Positions 41,436-50,046 of a stretch of DNA of 64,000 bases are shown here, in pieces. The translations under genes were made by a program, and so were the position numbers. Positions within the stretch are counted from its first letter, which is position 1, and each line of letters opens with the position of its first letter. The stretch is from an uncultured bacterium (lineage in GTDB: Bacteria > Fermentibacterota > Fermentibacteria > Fermentibacterales > JCC-6). The notes under the pieces were generated by a model, which did not search any database, was not told where the DNA came from, and saw only the letters and a list, made by a program, of their open reading frames with translations. The DNA is taken from NCBI GenBank assembly GCA_964423505.1, contig CAYREX010000003.1, forward strand, positions 76,817 to 140,816, read 5' to 3'.

Positions 41436-41776
41436 AGACAGATGAGTGCTGCCCTGGGAGGGGGGATATCGTCTGGCTCTCCTTCACACCCCAGGCAGGC
41501 CATGAACAGGCAGGCATACGTCCTGCACTAGTCCTGTCTCCCAAATCGTACAACCGGAAAACAGGTCTTGCATTGTACTGTCCGGTTACGACAGTAGTGA
41601 AAGGCTATCCGTTCGAGGTTGCCATTCCACCTGACCTTGAGGTTTCCGGAGTTATTCTATCGGACCAAGTGAAGAGCCTGGACTGGAGAGCACGAAAGGC
41701 AGAGTTAATCTGCAGACTCCCAGATGCCGTGACCAGAGAAGTACTCGGCAAGGTGGGCACTCTTGTTCGGGACTAG
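41429..41776 (+). CDS. mazF: Cassette 13b: MazF/PemK-family endoribonuclease toxin
   Basis: GDIVWLSFTPQAGHEQAGIRPALVLSPKSYNRKTGLALYCPVTT matches PemK/MazF. Confidence 0.8.
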   Translation: MVKTDECCPGRGDIVWLSFTPQAGHEQAGIRPALVLSPKSYNRKTGLALYCPVTTVVKGYPFEVAIPPDLEVSGVILSDQVKSLDWRARKAELICRLPDAVTREVLGKVGTLVRD

Positions 41777-41779
41777 AGA

Positions 41780-41859
41780 GCCGAACAGCAGCATGAACCA
41801 GCCAACAGGGCAGAGCTGATCGAACGGGTGTTCCGTGCTGGTTATGCTGAGTGTTCGAG
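41780..41859 (+). repeat. attC site 13
   Basis: GCCGAACAGCAGCATGAACCAGCC ... CGTGCTGGTTATGCTGAGTGTTCGAG. Family 1. Confidence 0.6.
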
Positions 41860-41908
41860 TTCCGGCATGACTTGACAACCACCACCATAGAGGTATAGAT
41901 ATTATACC

Positions 41909-42169
41909 ATGGTGTTCGAATACGATGCTCGTAAGAGCAAGAGAAACTTGGAGAAGCACGGGATCGACTTCGAGGAGTCGCAGCTTCTCTGGGATGATCC
42001 GGACCTGCTGGAGATTCCGGCAAGGACCGAAGATGAAACGCGATTCATGGTGATCGGTCGGATAGACAGCTCCCATTGGTCTGGGATCATCACCTATCGC
42101 GGAGAGGCGGTTCGAATCATCTCCGTCCGCAGATCCCGTAACGAGGAGGTGGTGCTGTATGAAGGCTAA
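41909..42169 (+). CDS. brnT: Cassette 14a: BrnT (DUF497) ribonuclease toxin
   Basis: MVFEYDARKSKRNLEKHGIDFEESQLLWDDP matches the BrnT N-terminus. Confidence 0.75.
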   Translation: MVFEYDARKSKRNLEKHGIDFEESQLLWDDPDLLEIPARTEDETRFMVIGRIDSSHWSGIITYRGEAVRIISVRRSRNEEVVLYEG

Positions 42170-42386
42170 GGACCTGGACAAGAAGTTCGATGACGGTGAG
42201 GATGTCCTCAGATACCTCGAACTCAGCAAGGCCCGTCGTGTTGAGCAGGAGCAGAAGCGAGTCAATGTGGACTTCCCCATTTGGATGATTCACTCGCTGG
42301 ACAAGGAAGCAAAGCGACTGGGTATTCCCAGGCAGTCCCTGATCAAGATGTTGATCGCCAGGCATATCGAGGAAGCCAGAGCATAG
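42159..42386 (+). CDS. brnA: Cassette 14b: BrnA (CopG/RHH-like) antitoxin
   Basis: Overlaps brnT by 11 bp. C-terminal ribbon-helix-helix-like IPRQSLIKMLIARHIEEA. Confidence 0.7.
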   Translation: MKAKDLDKKFDDGEDVLRYLELSKARRVEQEQKRVNVDFPIWMIHSLDKEAKRLGIPRQSLIKMLIARHIEEARA

Positions 42387-42391
42387 AGACT

Positions 42392-42462
42392 CGAACAAGC
42401 GGCTGCATTGGTCTTGCAGCATTGCGACACCTGACAGAGGACAACGCATAGTGCTTCTTAGT
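42392..42462 (+). repeat. attC site 14 (diverged)
   Basis: CGAACAAGCGGCTGCATTGGTCTTGCAGCATTGCGAC... has a family-2-like 5' half and a degenerate 3' half. Confidence 0.4.
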
Positions 42463-43116
42463 GGACACCCAGATCCGCGCACTTCTGAGAGGAGCCCGAG
42501 CACCAGATATTCCTGAGGTTGAGTACCCACTCTATCTCATGCGGTCTTCCGTGCCCAGGCTCCGGTGGAAGGATGTTATGGCGGCAAGCATAATGCAAGA
42601 GCACGGGCGGAGCGTCCGTAGCCTTGCGCGGGATCTGGGTGTCCATTGACAGGAGTATCTGGTATTCGAGTCTATCACGGTCCTGGATACCGGGTCTGCT
42701 TCAAGAATCGGGGGAAGAGCCTGGTGATCATATTGGCCGGTGGTGACAAGCGGACACGAAAGAAGATCGAGAAGGCGTTGCGCCTGGCACGAGATCTATC
42801 GGAGAGAGAGAAGAGAATTAGCAGGACCAAGACTACTCGATTCGAAACCGCTGAGCATCGTCGAGCTCCAGAGAAAATGGCCGCACATCTTGAAGCATGC
42901 CTTGAGGAGTCCAACGGAGATGCGGCGTTTGTAGCGAAGGCACTCGGAGATATCGCGAAAGCAAAGGGAATGACGCAGGTTGCACGCGATGCTGGTCAGT
43001 CTCGAGAGCCTGTACAAGGCTCTGTCGGGCAAACGTACACCCCGGTTCGACACCCTTCTGAGAGTAGCACATGCCCTCGGGATGGAGCTTCACGCGGCAC
43101 CACTGAATCGCTGAAA
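42461..43116 (+). pseudogene. Cassette 15a: decayed higB-like (addiction-module killer, COG3657) / higA-like (antidote) toxin-antitoxin pair
   Basis: IRVYHGPGYRVCFKNRGKSLVIILAGGDKRTRKKIEKALRLARDL matches the killer C-terminus. It runs without a stop into the antidote sequence KTTRFETAEH...MAAHLEACLEESNGDAAFVAKALGDIAKAKGMTQVARDAG. The antidote C-terminus (SLYKALSGKRTPRFDTLLRVAHALGMELHAAPLNR, ending 43116) is in a different frame after a 2-nt loss in a GAGAG run near 43003. The killer N-terminus is also out of frame. Confidence 0.5.
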
Positions 43117-43193
43117 TCGACTGGCCAACAACAGCATGCAGCTGGAAAGCTGCTGATGTTGAGCGTTCGGCCTTATGAAATGAGAGGTGCAGC

Positions 43194-43610
43194 ATGGGAG
43201 CTATAGCAGACTCGATCATCGCGTACGCGAAACCGCTGCTCGACGAAGCTGATGGTTCACTCGAGGACATGAACAATGCCTTGTCACTTGCTCAGCTATG
43301 TTGGAATCTCGCACTGTTACCGGAAAAGGAACGTGACGCAAGACTCGCAAAGATGCAGTCGGCCCTCGCGATGGATGACACGGAATTCGAGGATTTCCGG
43401 CAATCGATCGTCCTGCCGATGATCCAGAGGCACCATGACATGTTTCCTAACATGCCCAGGCACGGGTCTGCGAAGGCGTCGAGAGCAAGGGTGCAACCGC
43501 AGCGACGGGCGGCGGCAACGCCGCAGGCAAAGAGATATCCTGGAACTGCACGCAACGCGCCGTGCCCGTGCAATAGCGGAAAGAAGTACAAACGTTGTTG
43601 CGGACGGTAG
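43194..43610 (+). CDS. Cassette 15b: UPF0149/YecA-like protein with C-terminal SEC-C zinc motif
   Basis: C-terminal APCPCNSGKKYKRCCGR is the SEC-C metal-binding motif. Confidence 0.6.
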   Translation: MGAIADSIIAYAKPLLDEADGSLEDMNNALSLAQLCWNLALLPEKERDARLAKMQSALAMDDTEFEDFRQSIVLPMIQRHHDMFPNMPRHGSAKASRARVQPQRRAAATPQAKRYPGTARNAPCPCNSGKKYKRCCGR

Positions 43611-43651
43611 GCTGGCATCGTTGTCCACGGAACGCGTGCGAAGAGCTGGCC

Positions 43652-43733
43652 AAACAAGCGCCTGCAGTTGAACGGGCACGTCCGGCCGCTTCGCGGGGTC
43701 GCGCACCCGTCTACTGAGGCGCACCGTTATGCC
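43652..43733 (+). repeat. attC site 15 (GC-rich variant)
   Basis: CAAACAAGCGCCTGCAGTTGAACGGGCACG ... CGCACCCGTCTACTGAGGCGCACCGTTATGC. Family-2-like ends, 3' box GTTATGC. Confidence 0.45.
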
Positions 43734-43774
43734 GCTTCTGGAGAGGCAACGCTAACTCGGAGGAAGCTGTTCGC

Positions 43775-44578
43775 ATGAAGCTCGCAGACGTTAGCCCCGA
43801 GACAGAGGTCACGTTTCTGCACTGCCTGCATGATGAGAGGCGGGACGACCCCCGAGTGATGGAGATGCGGCGCCGGTGGTTTCACGCTCAGCGGGATCAC
43901 GGGCTCCGCGGAAAGGTCCTCGTGCTGGACACGGGGGAAGTTGCCGGGCTCTGCCAGTACATGCCTATCGAGAGAACCTTCATGGTGGGCAGCGCTCTTC
44001 TCGCGATTCTGTGTATCTGGGTTCATGGGTACGAGCATCTCGTCGGGAACGTCCAGGGCAATGGGTACGGCAGGTATATGCTGGAGTCGATCGAGCGTGA
44101 CGCCCGAGAGAGCGGGAAGCTGGGTGTATCTGCCTGGGGAATGGACTTCCCCCACTGGAATCCTGTGTCCTTCTACGAGCATATGGGCTACACCAGGGCC
44201 GACAAGTCGGGCATGGCGGTCCTCGTGTGGAAGCCCTTCTCAGAGAGCGCCGTAGCGCCCCGTTTCCTTCGCCCCGTGCGCCGCCCGGTGGGCCGCCCGG
44301 ACAAGGTGTCGCTGGCAGTCTTTGTCAACGGGTGGTGCATGGGTTCCTGCGAGCAGTCCGTACTGGCACGCGAGGCGGTGGACGGGCTCGAGTGCTTCGT
44401 AGACTACATGGAGCTCGACGGCTCGGACCCGGACGTTCAGCGTTCGTGGGGTATCTCCGACGGTGTCTATCTCCAGGGTGAGCCATACCGTCCGCATGAG
44501 CCGCCATGGACGAGCGAAGTCCTCAGGCGCGATCTGCTCGATCGCATCGAGATTGAGGGCGGGGGAGGCAGGGGATAG
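43775..44578 (+). CDS. Cassette 16: GNAT-family acetyltransferase with C-terminal Cys-containing extension
   Basis: N-terminal acetyltransferase fold (...VLVLDTGEVAGLCQYMP...GNGYGRYMLESIERDARESGKLGV...). C-terminal about 100 aa with a VNGWCMGSCEQ motif. Confidence 0.55.
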   Translation: MKLADVSPETEVTFLHCLHDERRDDPRVMEMRRRWFHAQRDHGLRGKVLVLDTGEVAGLCQYMPIERTFMVGSALLAILCIWVHGYEHLVGNVQGNGYGRYMLESIERDARESGKLGVSAWGMDFPHWNPVSFYEHMGYTRADKSGMAVLVWKPFSESAVAPRFLRPVRRPVGRPDKVSLAVFVNGWCMGSCEQSVLAREAVDGLECFVDYMELDGSDPDVQRSWGISDGVYLQGEPYRPHEPPWTSEVLRRDLLDRIEIEGGGGRG

Positions 44579-44699
44579 AACGAAGCGGAGTAACCAGCGT
44601 GTGCAGCCGACGCGTCTGTCACGGCGGCTGCAGGCGAAGCTTCGCCGCAGGCATCCGCCGAGCCAGCCCCCGGGCTGATCATGTTCCTTCGGGGCACCA
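44578..44699 (+). repeat. Possible attC site 16 (long, GC-rich)
   Basis: AACGAAGCGGAGTAACCAGCG ... internal palindrome TGCAGCCGACGCGTCTGTCACGGCGGCTGCA ... GCATCCGCCGAGCC ... GTTCCTT. The ends resemble the family-2 attCs. Confidence 0.35.
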
Positions 44700-44800
44700 C
44701 GTTGGAGCCCTGGGTCTGCGGATACCTCGGGTACGGGACGGGGCATCCTTCTATCCTGGATGTCTCGAGAGGAGGATGCCGAGCGATCGGGCTCTGGACG

Positions 44801-45463
44801 ATGAGCGATGAGATCCGCGTTCAGCGGGGCTTTCCGGACGAGTACCGTCCGAAGGCGGCGGAGCTGTACGATGCCGCCTTCGGAGCCAAGCTCTCGGCGG
44901 CCATGCCCGACCCCGTCTCGCGCAAGGCCGTTCTGGAGGAGGGATTGAACCCCCGGTTCTCCCTGGCCGCGCTGAGCGGTGGTGAGATGGTCGGCATCGC
45001 CGGCTTCAGGACTGAGTCGGGATCTCTGACGGGCGGGATATCGTACGGACTGCTCAGGGCGCGACTCGGGTTCCTCGGGGCGATTCGAGCTGTCCCCCTC
45101 CTTGTGCTGCTCGAGCGGAAGCAGACACCGGGAGAGCTGCTGATGGACGGGATAGGCGTCTCGCCCCGGATGCGCGGCAGGGGCATCGGGACCAGGCTCC
45201 TCCGCGGTCTACTGGAGTATGCGGCAGAGGAGGGGTACCTGTCGGTCCGCCTCGATGTCATCGACACGAACCGTGGGGCAAGGCGCCTGTACGAGCGCGT
45301 CGGGTTCGTGCCCGTGAGAGTCCAGAGGTTCGGATACCTGAAACGGCTGCTCGGCTTCGGGGCGGCTACGCGGATGGAGTACCGCCTCGGCTCCCGGGCC
45401 CGACCGGGCGCGGCACCAGCACCTGGCGGCCCCGTGCCGGCAGTGGAAGGATCGAAGGAATGA
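44801..45463 (+). CDS. GNAT-family N-acetyltransferase
   Basis: Acetyl-CoA-binding motif IGVSPRMRGRGIGTRLLRGLLEYAAEEG...RLYERVGF. Start moved to MSDEIRV. Confidence 0.7.
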   Translation: MSDEIRVQRGFPDEYRPKAAELYDAAFGAKLSAAMPDPVSRKAVLEEGLNPRFSLAALSGGEMVGIAGFRTESGSLTGGISYGLLRARLGFLGAIRAVPLLVLLERKQTPGELLMDGIGVSPRMRGRGIGTRLLRGLLEYAAEEGYLSVRLDVIDTNRGARRLYERVGFVPVRVQRFGYLKRLLGFGAATRMEYRLGSRARPGAAPAPGGPVPAVEGSKE

Positions 45464-46332
45464 GCGACGCGCTTCACATCACAAGCGGCGACTGCGCGGG
45501 GGATAGTCTCAGGGAGGCCGGGCTGGCCGGCGAGGTCCTGGTCTGGCGGGACATCCTCTACGACGGTCCCCGGTCCCCCGGCTGGCCGGACTGGAAGACC
45601 CTGGAGGCTCGTGCGGCCTTCCTGGCGGAGGAAACCGGGGGCGGACTCGACGGGAAGACCGTCCGGGAGACGCTTCTCCGCCAGTACCGCGCTCTCGAAG
45701 CGGCAGCGCCGGGAAGGCACGTCGTGCTCTGGTTCGATGCGTGCCTCTTCGACCAGGCCATGCTTGCGCACATACTCGCCTGCCTGCACCATCTCGATGC
45801 CGGCGGGGCGGAGCTGCTCTGCGTCGACTCGTTCCCGGGGATAGAGCCCTTCCACGGGCTGGGGCAGCTGCGGCCGGGGCAGCTGGCCTCGCTGTACGGA
45901 GACCGGCGGCCGGTCACCGACGAGCAGTACGCCTTCGCGGGTCGGGTGGACGAGGCGTTCGCCACGCGGGATCTCCTCTTGCTGACCGGGTTGTCCCGCA
46001 TGGAAGAAGCTCCGCTGCCGTGGGTCCCGGCCGCCGCCGCCCGGTGGCTGCAGGAGCGGCCCGACCCGGTAACCGGGCTGGGGAGGCTCGAGACCCTGGC
46101 CCTGGAGGCCATCCGCGGCGGGGTCCGGACGCCAGGGGAGGTCTTCGAGGCCGTTGCCGCGGCGGACACCCCTCCGCAGTACTGGGGAGACACGACGCTC
46201 TGGGCGAAGGTCAACGCCCTGGCGGAGCGTGAGCCGCCACTGGTTGAGATAGAGGGGCCAGGGGAGAGGCTGCCCCAGTGGGAGAGCGATGTGCCGCTGG
46301 AGGAGTTCTCGATAAGGGCGCTGACCGACTAG
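45460..46332 (+). CDS. DUF1835-domain protein
   Basis: N-terminal LHITSGDCAGDSLREAG...VLVWRDILYDGP resembles DUF1835. Start overlaps the GNAT stop (ATGA). Confidence 0.65.
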   Translation: MSDALHITSGDCAGDSLREAGLAGEVLVWRDILYDGPRSPGWPDWKTLEARAAFLAEETGGGLDGKTVRETLLRQYRALEAAAPGRHVVLWFDACLFDQAMLAHILACLHHLDAGGAELLCVDSFPGIEPFHGLGQLRPGQLASLYGDRRPVTDEQYAFAGRVDEAFATRDLLLLTGLSRMEEAPLPWVPAAAARWLQERPDPVTGLGRLETLALEAIRGGVRTPGEVFEAVAAADTPPQYWGDTTLWAKVNALAEREPPLVEIEGPGERLPQWESDVPLEEFSIRALTD

Positions 46333-46378
46333 AAGCAGCCTTCTCCGCGTGTCGGCTTCGTGCTTTCCGCCGAGAGGG

Positions 46379-49300
46379 CTAGAGCCTTCCCGCCAGGACG
46401 ACCACCAGGCAGTCCTCCCGGACCTCCCCCGAATCCGAGGGGCGGGCGCTGGCGTAGACGATGTAGCGGCCGATGTGTAGCCTCCGTCCGTCGTCGTCGG
46501 TGCCGTCCCAGGAGACGGTGGTGACGCTCCCGACCGTCTCGCCTGCAAGAAGCTCGCGGACCGGCCGCCCCTGCACGTTGTAGACGGTGAGGGTGACGGT
46601 GGCGGTCCCTCCGGGCCTGACGGTGATGGAGAGCACGTCTTCCCTGCCGTCGCCGTCGGGGGAGAAGGGGTCAGGATGCAGCTCCAGGAAGGCGCCCTCC
46701 GGGGAGGCCGCGCCGGAGACGCTGTTCCGCTGGCCGGGCGTGCCGCCGCAGGTGCAGGATGCCCAGTTGTCGCCTCTCCAGCTTGCGGTTTCGGCGCATA
46801 CCCTCTCCAGGCTGGTCCCGCTGCCGCCGCCCCACGAGTCGTCGTAGGGGACGTGGTCGGATGCCTCTCCTCCCGGGCTGGTCAGGGTGACCAGGTCGGC
46901 GTAGCCGGCGCCGGGCTGGGTGGTGTTGTTAAGGGCGGGCCAGTCGTCGAGCTGGATGACCGGGCAGCCGACGTCTCCCCACCTGGCAGCGAACCCGGCG
47001 CTGTCCGGGACCAGCAGGGCGTAGCCGCCCGCCGGGACCGGCTGCGGAGCCTCGGGGAGTGTGACGGTCTCCCTGGAGTCCGACAGCTCCCAGAGGGCCG
47101 GTGCCACCGCCTCCTGGGAGGTGTTCCGCAGCTCTATCCACTCCGGCTCTCCCTGGGCGGGTGAGTACATGAGCTCGTTCAGGACGAGGGGTCCCGGGTC
47201 GTTCCACGAGCAGCTCGCGGTGTCTCCCTGAGGGAAGGTGTCCGCCTGGCAGTCCACCAGTGCTATCAGGGGCATGGGGCCTTCGCTGCCGGTCCAGTAG
47301 AGATGGGCCTCCAGCGTGTCGCCCGGAGCCATGGCTCCCGCGGACCAGGAGTCGACGGCCTCGTCCGGGTCAGGCAGGCCGTCGCCGCCGGAGTCGGCGT
47401 GGAGGATCACCCGGAGGGAGCCTGTCCGGATGCTGTCCGTGCCGGTGGAGACCACCATCGCCGTGACGGTCACCTGAGTGCCTGCCTCGCCCACGGGCGG
47501 CATGGCGCAGGTCCAGCCCAGCGTGGCGTCCGGCCCCTCGGGCGTGTAGGGGGGATCGGCTCCGGGAGTGGGGCCATCCGGGCTCACCAGCCAGGAGTCC
47601 TCCTCGTCCGGGAGGTCCGTCGAGCGGCGCTGCAGGCTCTGGCCCTCGCCCGGGTCCCGCGGGATGTCGTCCAGGCCGTCGTCGTCCCTCTGGCTCCAGT
47701 CGTCCGAGGGCACCGGCGTGCCGTAGGTGGAGTGGACGTCCTCGGTGCCGGTGCCGCCGCGGCCGTAGAGGGTGAGCGGGTCGGTGGAGGTCAGGCCGTC
47801 TCCGATGGTGGTGTTGCCGGTGGTGAGCACCACAGTCCCGGGAGCAAGGTCCCAGGGCTCGCCACCCTGGGCGTACTCCCTGTCCAGCACAACGGCGTAG
47901 CATCCGGCCTGCAGGTAGGGGGAGACGACGGCGTCCGGGTCCGATGGTGGCTCCACCGCCGTGGGCCACGCGACCAGCACGTCCAGGGCGTCTCCGTCGG
48001 TTAGCCGCATGCCGTCCAGGGTGGCGATGCCCGGGCCGGGGAAGCAGAGCTCCACCATCTCGTCCGTGTCCTCGTTCTCCGGGTTGCAGACCACCTCGGT
48101 GATGACCAGCGGGACGCCGCCTCCGGAGCCGAACGGGCAGAGGGCCGCGTCGTCCGACCGGTCTCCGTCTCCAGGGCAGCTTACCCTGGCCGCAGCGAGG
48201 TACTCGCCAGCCTCGGGGGCCGTGGTCTCGGCCTCGAGGGTGTCGGAGGAGCCGGGGTAGAGGGTGTCCGGCGGGGAGTGGGTCGAGATCAGCTCGGCCG
48301 GGCCGGCGAGGGAGTCTCCGTCGGCGTCGAGGAAGAAGTCCACCGACATGCCTGTGACCGGGGTGGTGCCGGCGTTTCGGAGGACTGCGGTCAGTGAGAG
48401 CGGCTCGCCGGGATCGGGCCCGCCGGGAGAGACAATGACGGTATCGATGGCCGCGTTGGTTGTGTCGCTGGAGAAGGCGGGGAGCCCCGGTGTGCCGCCC
48501 GGGGGGGAGGCGGCCCAGCACCACTCCTCGTCCGGCATGTCGTGGGACCTGCGCTCGACGGAGAAGCCGTCGCCCGGGTCGAAGGGGATGTCGTTCAGGC
48601 CGTCGTCGTCGCAGAGCAGCGGGTCGTCGGAGAGGACGGGTGTGCCGTAGGTGGAGACCATGTCGGAGATGGTGGTGCCGCCCGGGCGGTAGAGGACGAC
48701 AGGGTCGGTGGTGGTGAGGCCGTTGCCGATGGTGGTGTTGCCGACGGTGCAGAGGAGGGTGGAGTCCGGCGGGGAGTAGGGGGTGGGACTCTGCGGGTGC
48801 TCGGGGTCCAGCACCAGGGCGTAGTTGCCCGCCCGGAGCCAGTGGCCGGTCCGGCAGGGGAAGGGAGCTTCGCCCTCCCAGCGCACTATTCCGTCCAGGG
48901 CGTCGCCGTCGGTGAGGGAGCTGCCCGCCATCGGGTAGGTGCCGGGGCCGGGGTAGTAGACCTCGACCATCTCGTCGGTGTCTTCGAAGGTGGGATTGGC
49001 GAAGACCTCGGTGATGACGGGGCAGACGCCTCCGCCGGCTGCTGCTGCGACCGCTCGGCAGTCGTCGGTCGGGTCGATGTCGCCCCCGGCGTCCGCCCGG
49101 CCTGCCGCGGCGTACCAGCCGGCCGCAAGGGTGGGCCATGCGGTCAGGGTGACGGACCCTCCAGGGGGGAGCCCGGCGGCGCTCTGCGAGGCGAGCACCT
49201 CCTCCTGGGAGGCGACGGAGTCTGCGTTCAGGTCCAGGAAGAGGGTCAGCTCGCCATCCTCCGGGGGGACGTTGCCGGCGTTGGTGAAGGTCGCGCAGAG

Positions 49301-49993
49301 GAGGAAGGGCTCGCCTGCGGGGGGCTCCTCCGGCTCGGTCCAGACCGAGTCGCAGGAGACGTTAACGGTATCGGGAGGCGCCTCGGGCGGAAGGCCGGGG
49401 GTGCCTCCCCGGACGGAGGCGCGCCAGCTCCCCTCGGCGTCGGGGGCGGAAAGGGGGTACCGCTCCACGGAGAAGCCGTCGCCCGGGTCGAAGGGAATGC
49501 CGTCCAAGCCGTCGTCGTCCCGCCGGCTCCAGTCGTCCGATGGAACCGGGGTGCCGTATGTGCTCACGGCGTTGCTGTCTGCCGTGCCGCCAGCGTCGAA
49601 CAGCGTGAGAGGGTCCGATGAGGCGGCCAGGCCGTTGCAGATGGAGTGGTCGCCAGTTGTGAGTATGAGCGTGCCCTCCGGGAGGTTGTACGCCGGCTCG
49701 CCCGCGTAGTCCAGCTCGAAGACAAGGGCGACTGCCCCGGGCGGGAGGGTGTCTGTGCCGAGGAGCATGCCCTGGTGGGGGAAGGGGCCGTGGGCGAGAG
49801 TGTCCCATGGGAGGAGGACGTCGAGGGCGTCGCCGTCGGTCAGGGACCAGCCCCCGAGGCACTGCGTCTGCGCGCCGGTGTTGATGAGCTCGACGAACTC
49901 GCAGGCCGTCTCGTTCAGGGGGTTGGCACCCACCTCCGAGAGGACGACCGTGCGGAGGACCGCAAGAAGCTGCAGGACGGCTTGCATGCTCAT
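46379..49993 (-). CDS. Giant secreted protein with four to five lamin-tail-domain (LTD) repeats and a C-terminal T9SS-type sorting domain
   Basis: Repeated VITEV[FV]ANP...DEMVE...LTDGDALD blocks. The C-terminal about 90 aa (LHPDPFSPDGDGREDVLSITV...VYNVQGRPVRELL...WDGTDDDGRRLHIGRYIVY) match the Por/T9SS CTD. Confidence 0.8.
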   Translation of the reverse strand: MSMQAVLQLLAVLRTVVLSEVGANPLNETACEFVELINTGAQTQCLGGWSLTDGDALDVLLPWDTLAHGPFPHQGMLLGTDTLPPGAVALVFELDYAGEPAYNLPEGTLILTTGDHSICNGLAASSDPLTLFDAGGTADSNAVSTYGTPVPSDDWSRRDDDGLDGIPFDPGDGFSVERYPLSAPDAEGSWRASVRGGTPGLPPEAPPDTVNVSCDSVWTEPEEPPAGEPFLLCATFTNAGNVPPEDGELTLFLDLNADSVASQEEVLASQSAAGLPPGGSVTLTAWPTLAAGWYAAAGRADAGGDIDPTDDCRAVAAAAGGGVCPVITEVFANPTFEDTDEMVEVYYPGPGTYPMAGSSLTDGDALDGIVRWEGEAPFPCRTGHWLRAGNYALVLDPEHPQSPTPYSPPDSTLLCTVGNTTIGNGLTTTDPVVLYRPGGTTISDMVSTYGTPVLSDDPLLCDDDGLNDIPFDPGDGFSVERRSHDMPDEEWCWAASPPGGTPGLPAFSSDTTNAAIDTVIVSPGGPDPGEPLSLTAVLRNAGTTPVTGMSVDFFLDADGDSLAGPAELISTHSPPDTLYPGSSDTLEAETTAPEAGEYLAAARVSCPGDGDRSDDAALCPFGSGGGVPLVITEVVCNPENEDTDEMVELCFPGPGIATLDGMRLTDGDALDVLVAWPTAVEPPSDPDAVVSPYLQAGCYAVVLDREYAQGGEPWDLAPGTVVLTTGNTTIGDGLTSTDPLTLYGRGGTGTEDVHSTYGTPVPSDDWSQRDDDGLDDIPRDPGEGQSLQRRSTDLPDEEDSWLVSPDGPTPGADPPYTPEGPDATLGWTCAMPPVGEAGTQVTVTAMVVSTGTDSIRTGSLRVILHADSGGDGLPDPDEAVDSWSAGAMAPGDTLEAHLYWTGSEGPMPLIALVDCQADTFPQGDTASCSWNDPGPLVLNELMYSPAQGEPEWIELRNTSQEAVAPALWELSDSRETVTLPEAPQPVPAGGYALLVPDSAGFAARWGDVGCPVIQLDDWPALNNTTQPGAGYADLVTLTSPGGEASDHVPYDDSWGGGSGTSLERVCAETASWRGDNWASCTCGGTPGQRNSVSGAASPEGAFLELHPDPFSPDGDGREDVLSITVRPGGTATVTLTVYNVQGRPVRELLAGETVGSVTTVSWDGTDDDGRRLHIGRYIVYASARPSDSGEVREDCLVVVLAGRL

Positions 49994-50046
49994 CTCACGG
50001 TCAGCTTACCCGGGATTCGGGGGAGCTGTCAAGCGAACCGGACGGC

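Noticed and set aside
42461-42649. 62-aa ORF called as an independent gene
   Set aside because: Its frame and residues (G..V..L) look like the displaced N-terminal part of the higB-like killer, so it is treated as part of the decayed toxin-antitoxin pseudogene rather than as a separate protein.
32621-44700. Possibility that the repeated palindromic elements are a CRISPR array or REP/MITE elements
   Set aside because: The repeats are imperfect and variable in length (48-120 bp). They occur once after each ORF with protein-coding spacers of 0.4-1.1 kb, and they carry R''/R' boxes (GCCTAAC...GTTAGGC), which is attC architecture next to an IntI gene, not CRISPR or REP.
43775-46332. Whether the GNAT-GNAT-DUF1835 block is part of the cassette array
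   Set aside because: Not rejected outright. A diverged attC-like element precedes 44801, but none is evident after 46332, and GC is host-like. The array end is left undetermined rather than asserting more cassettes.
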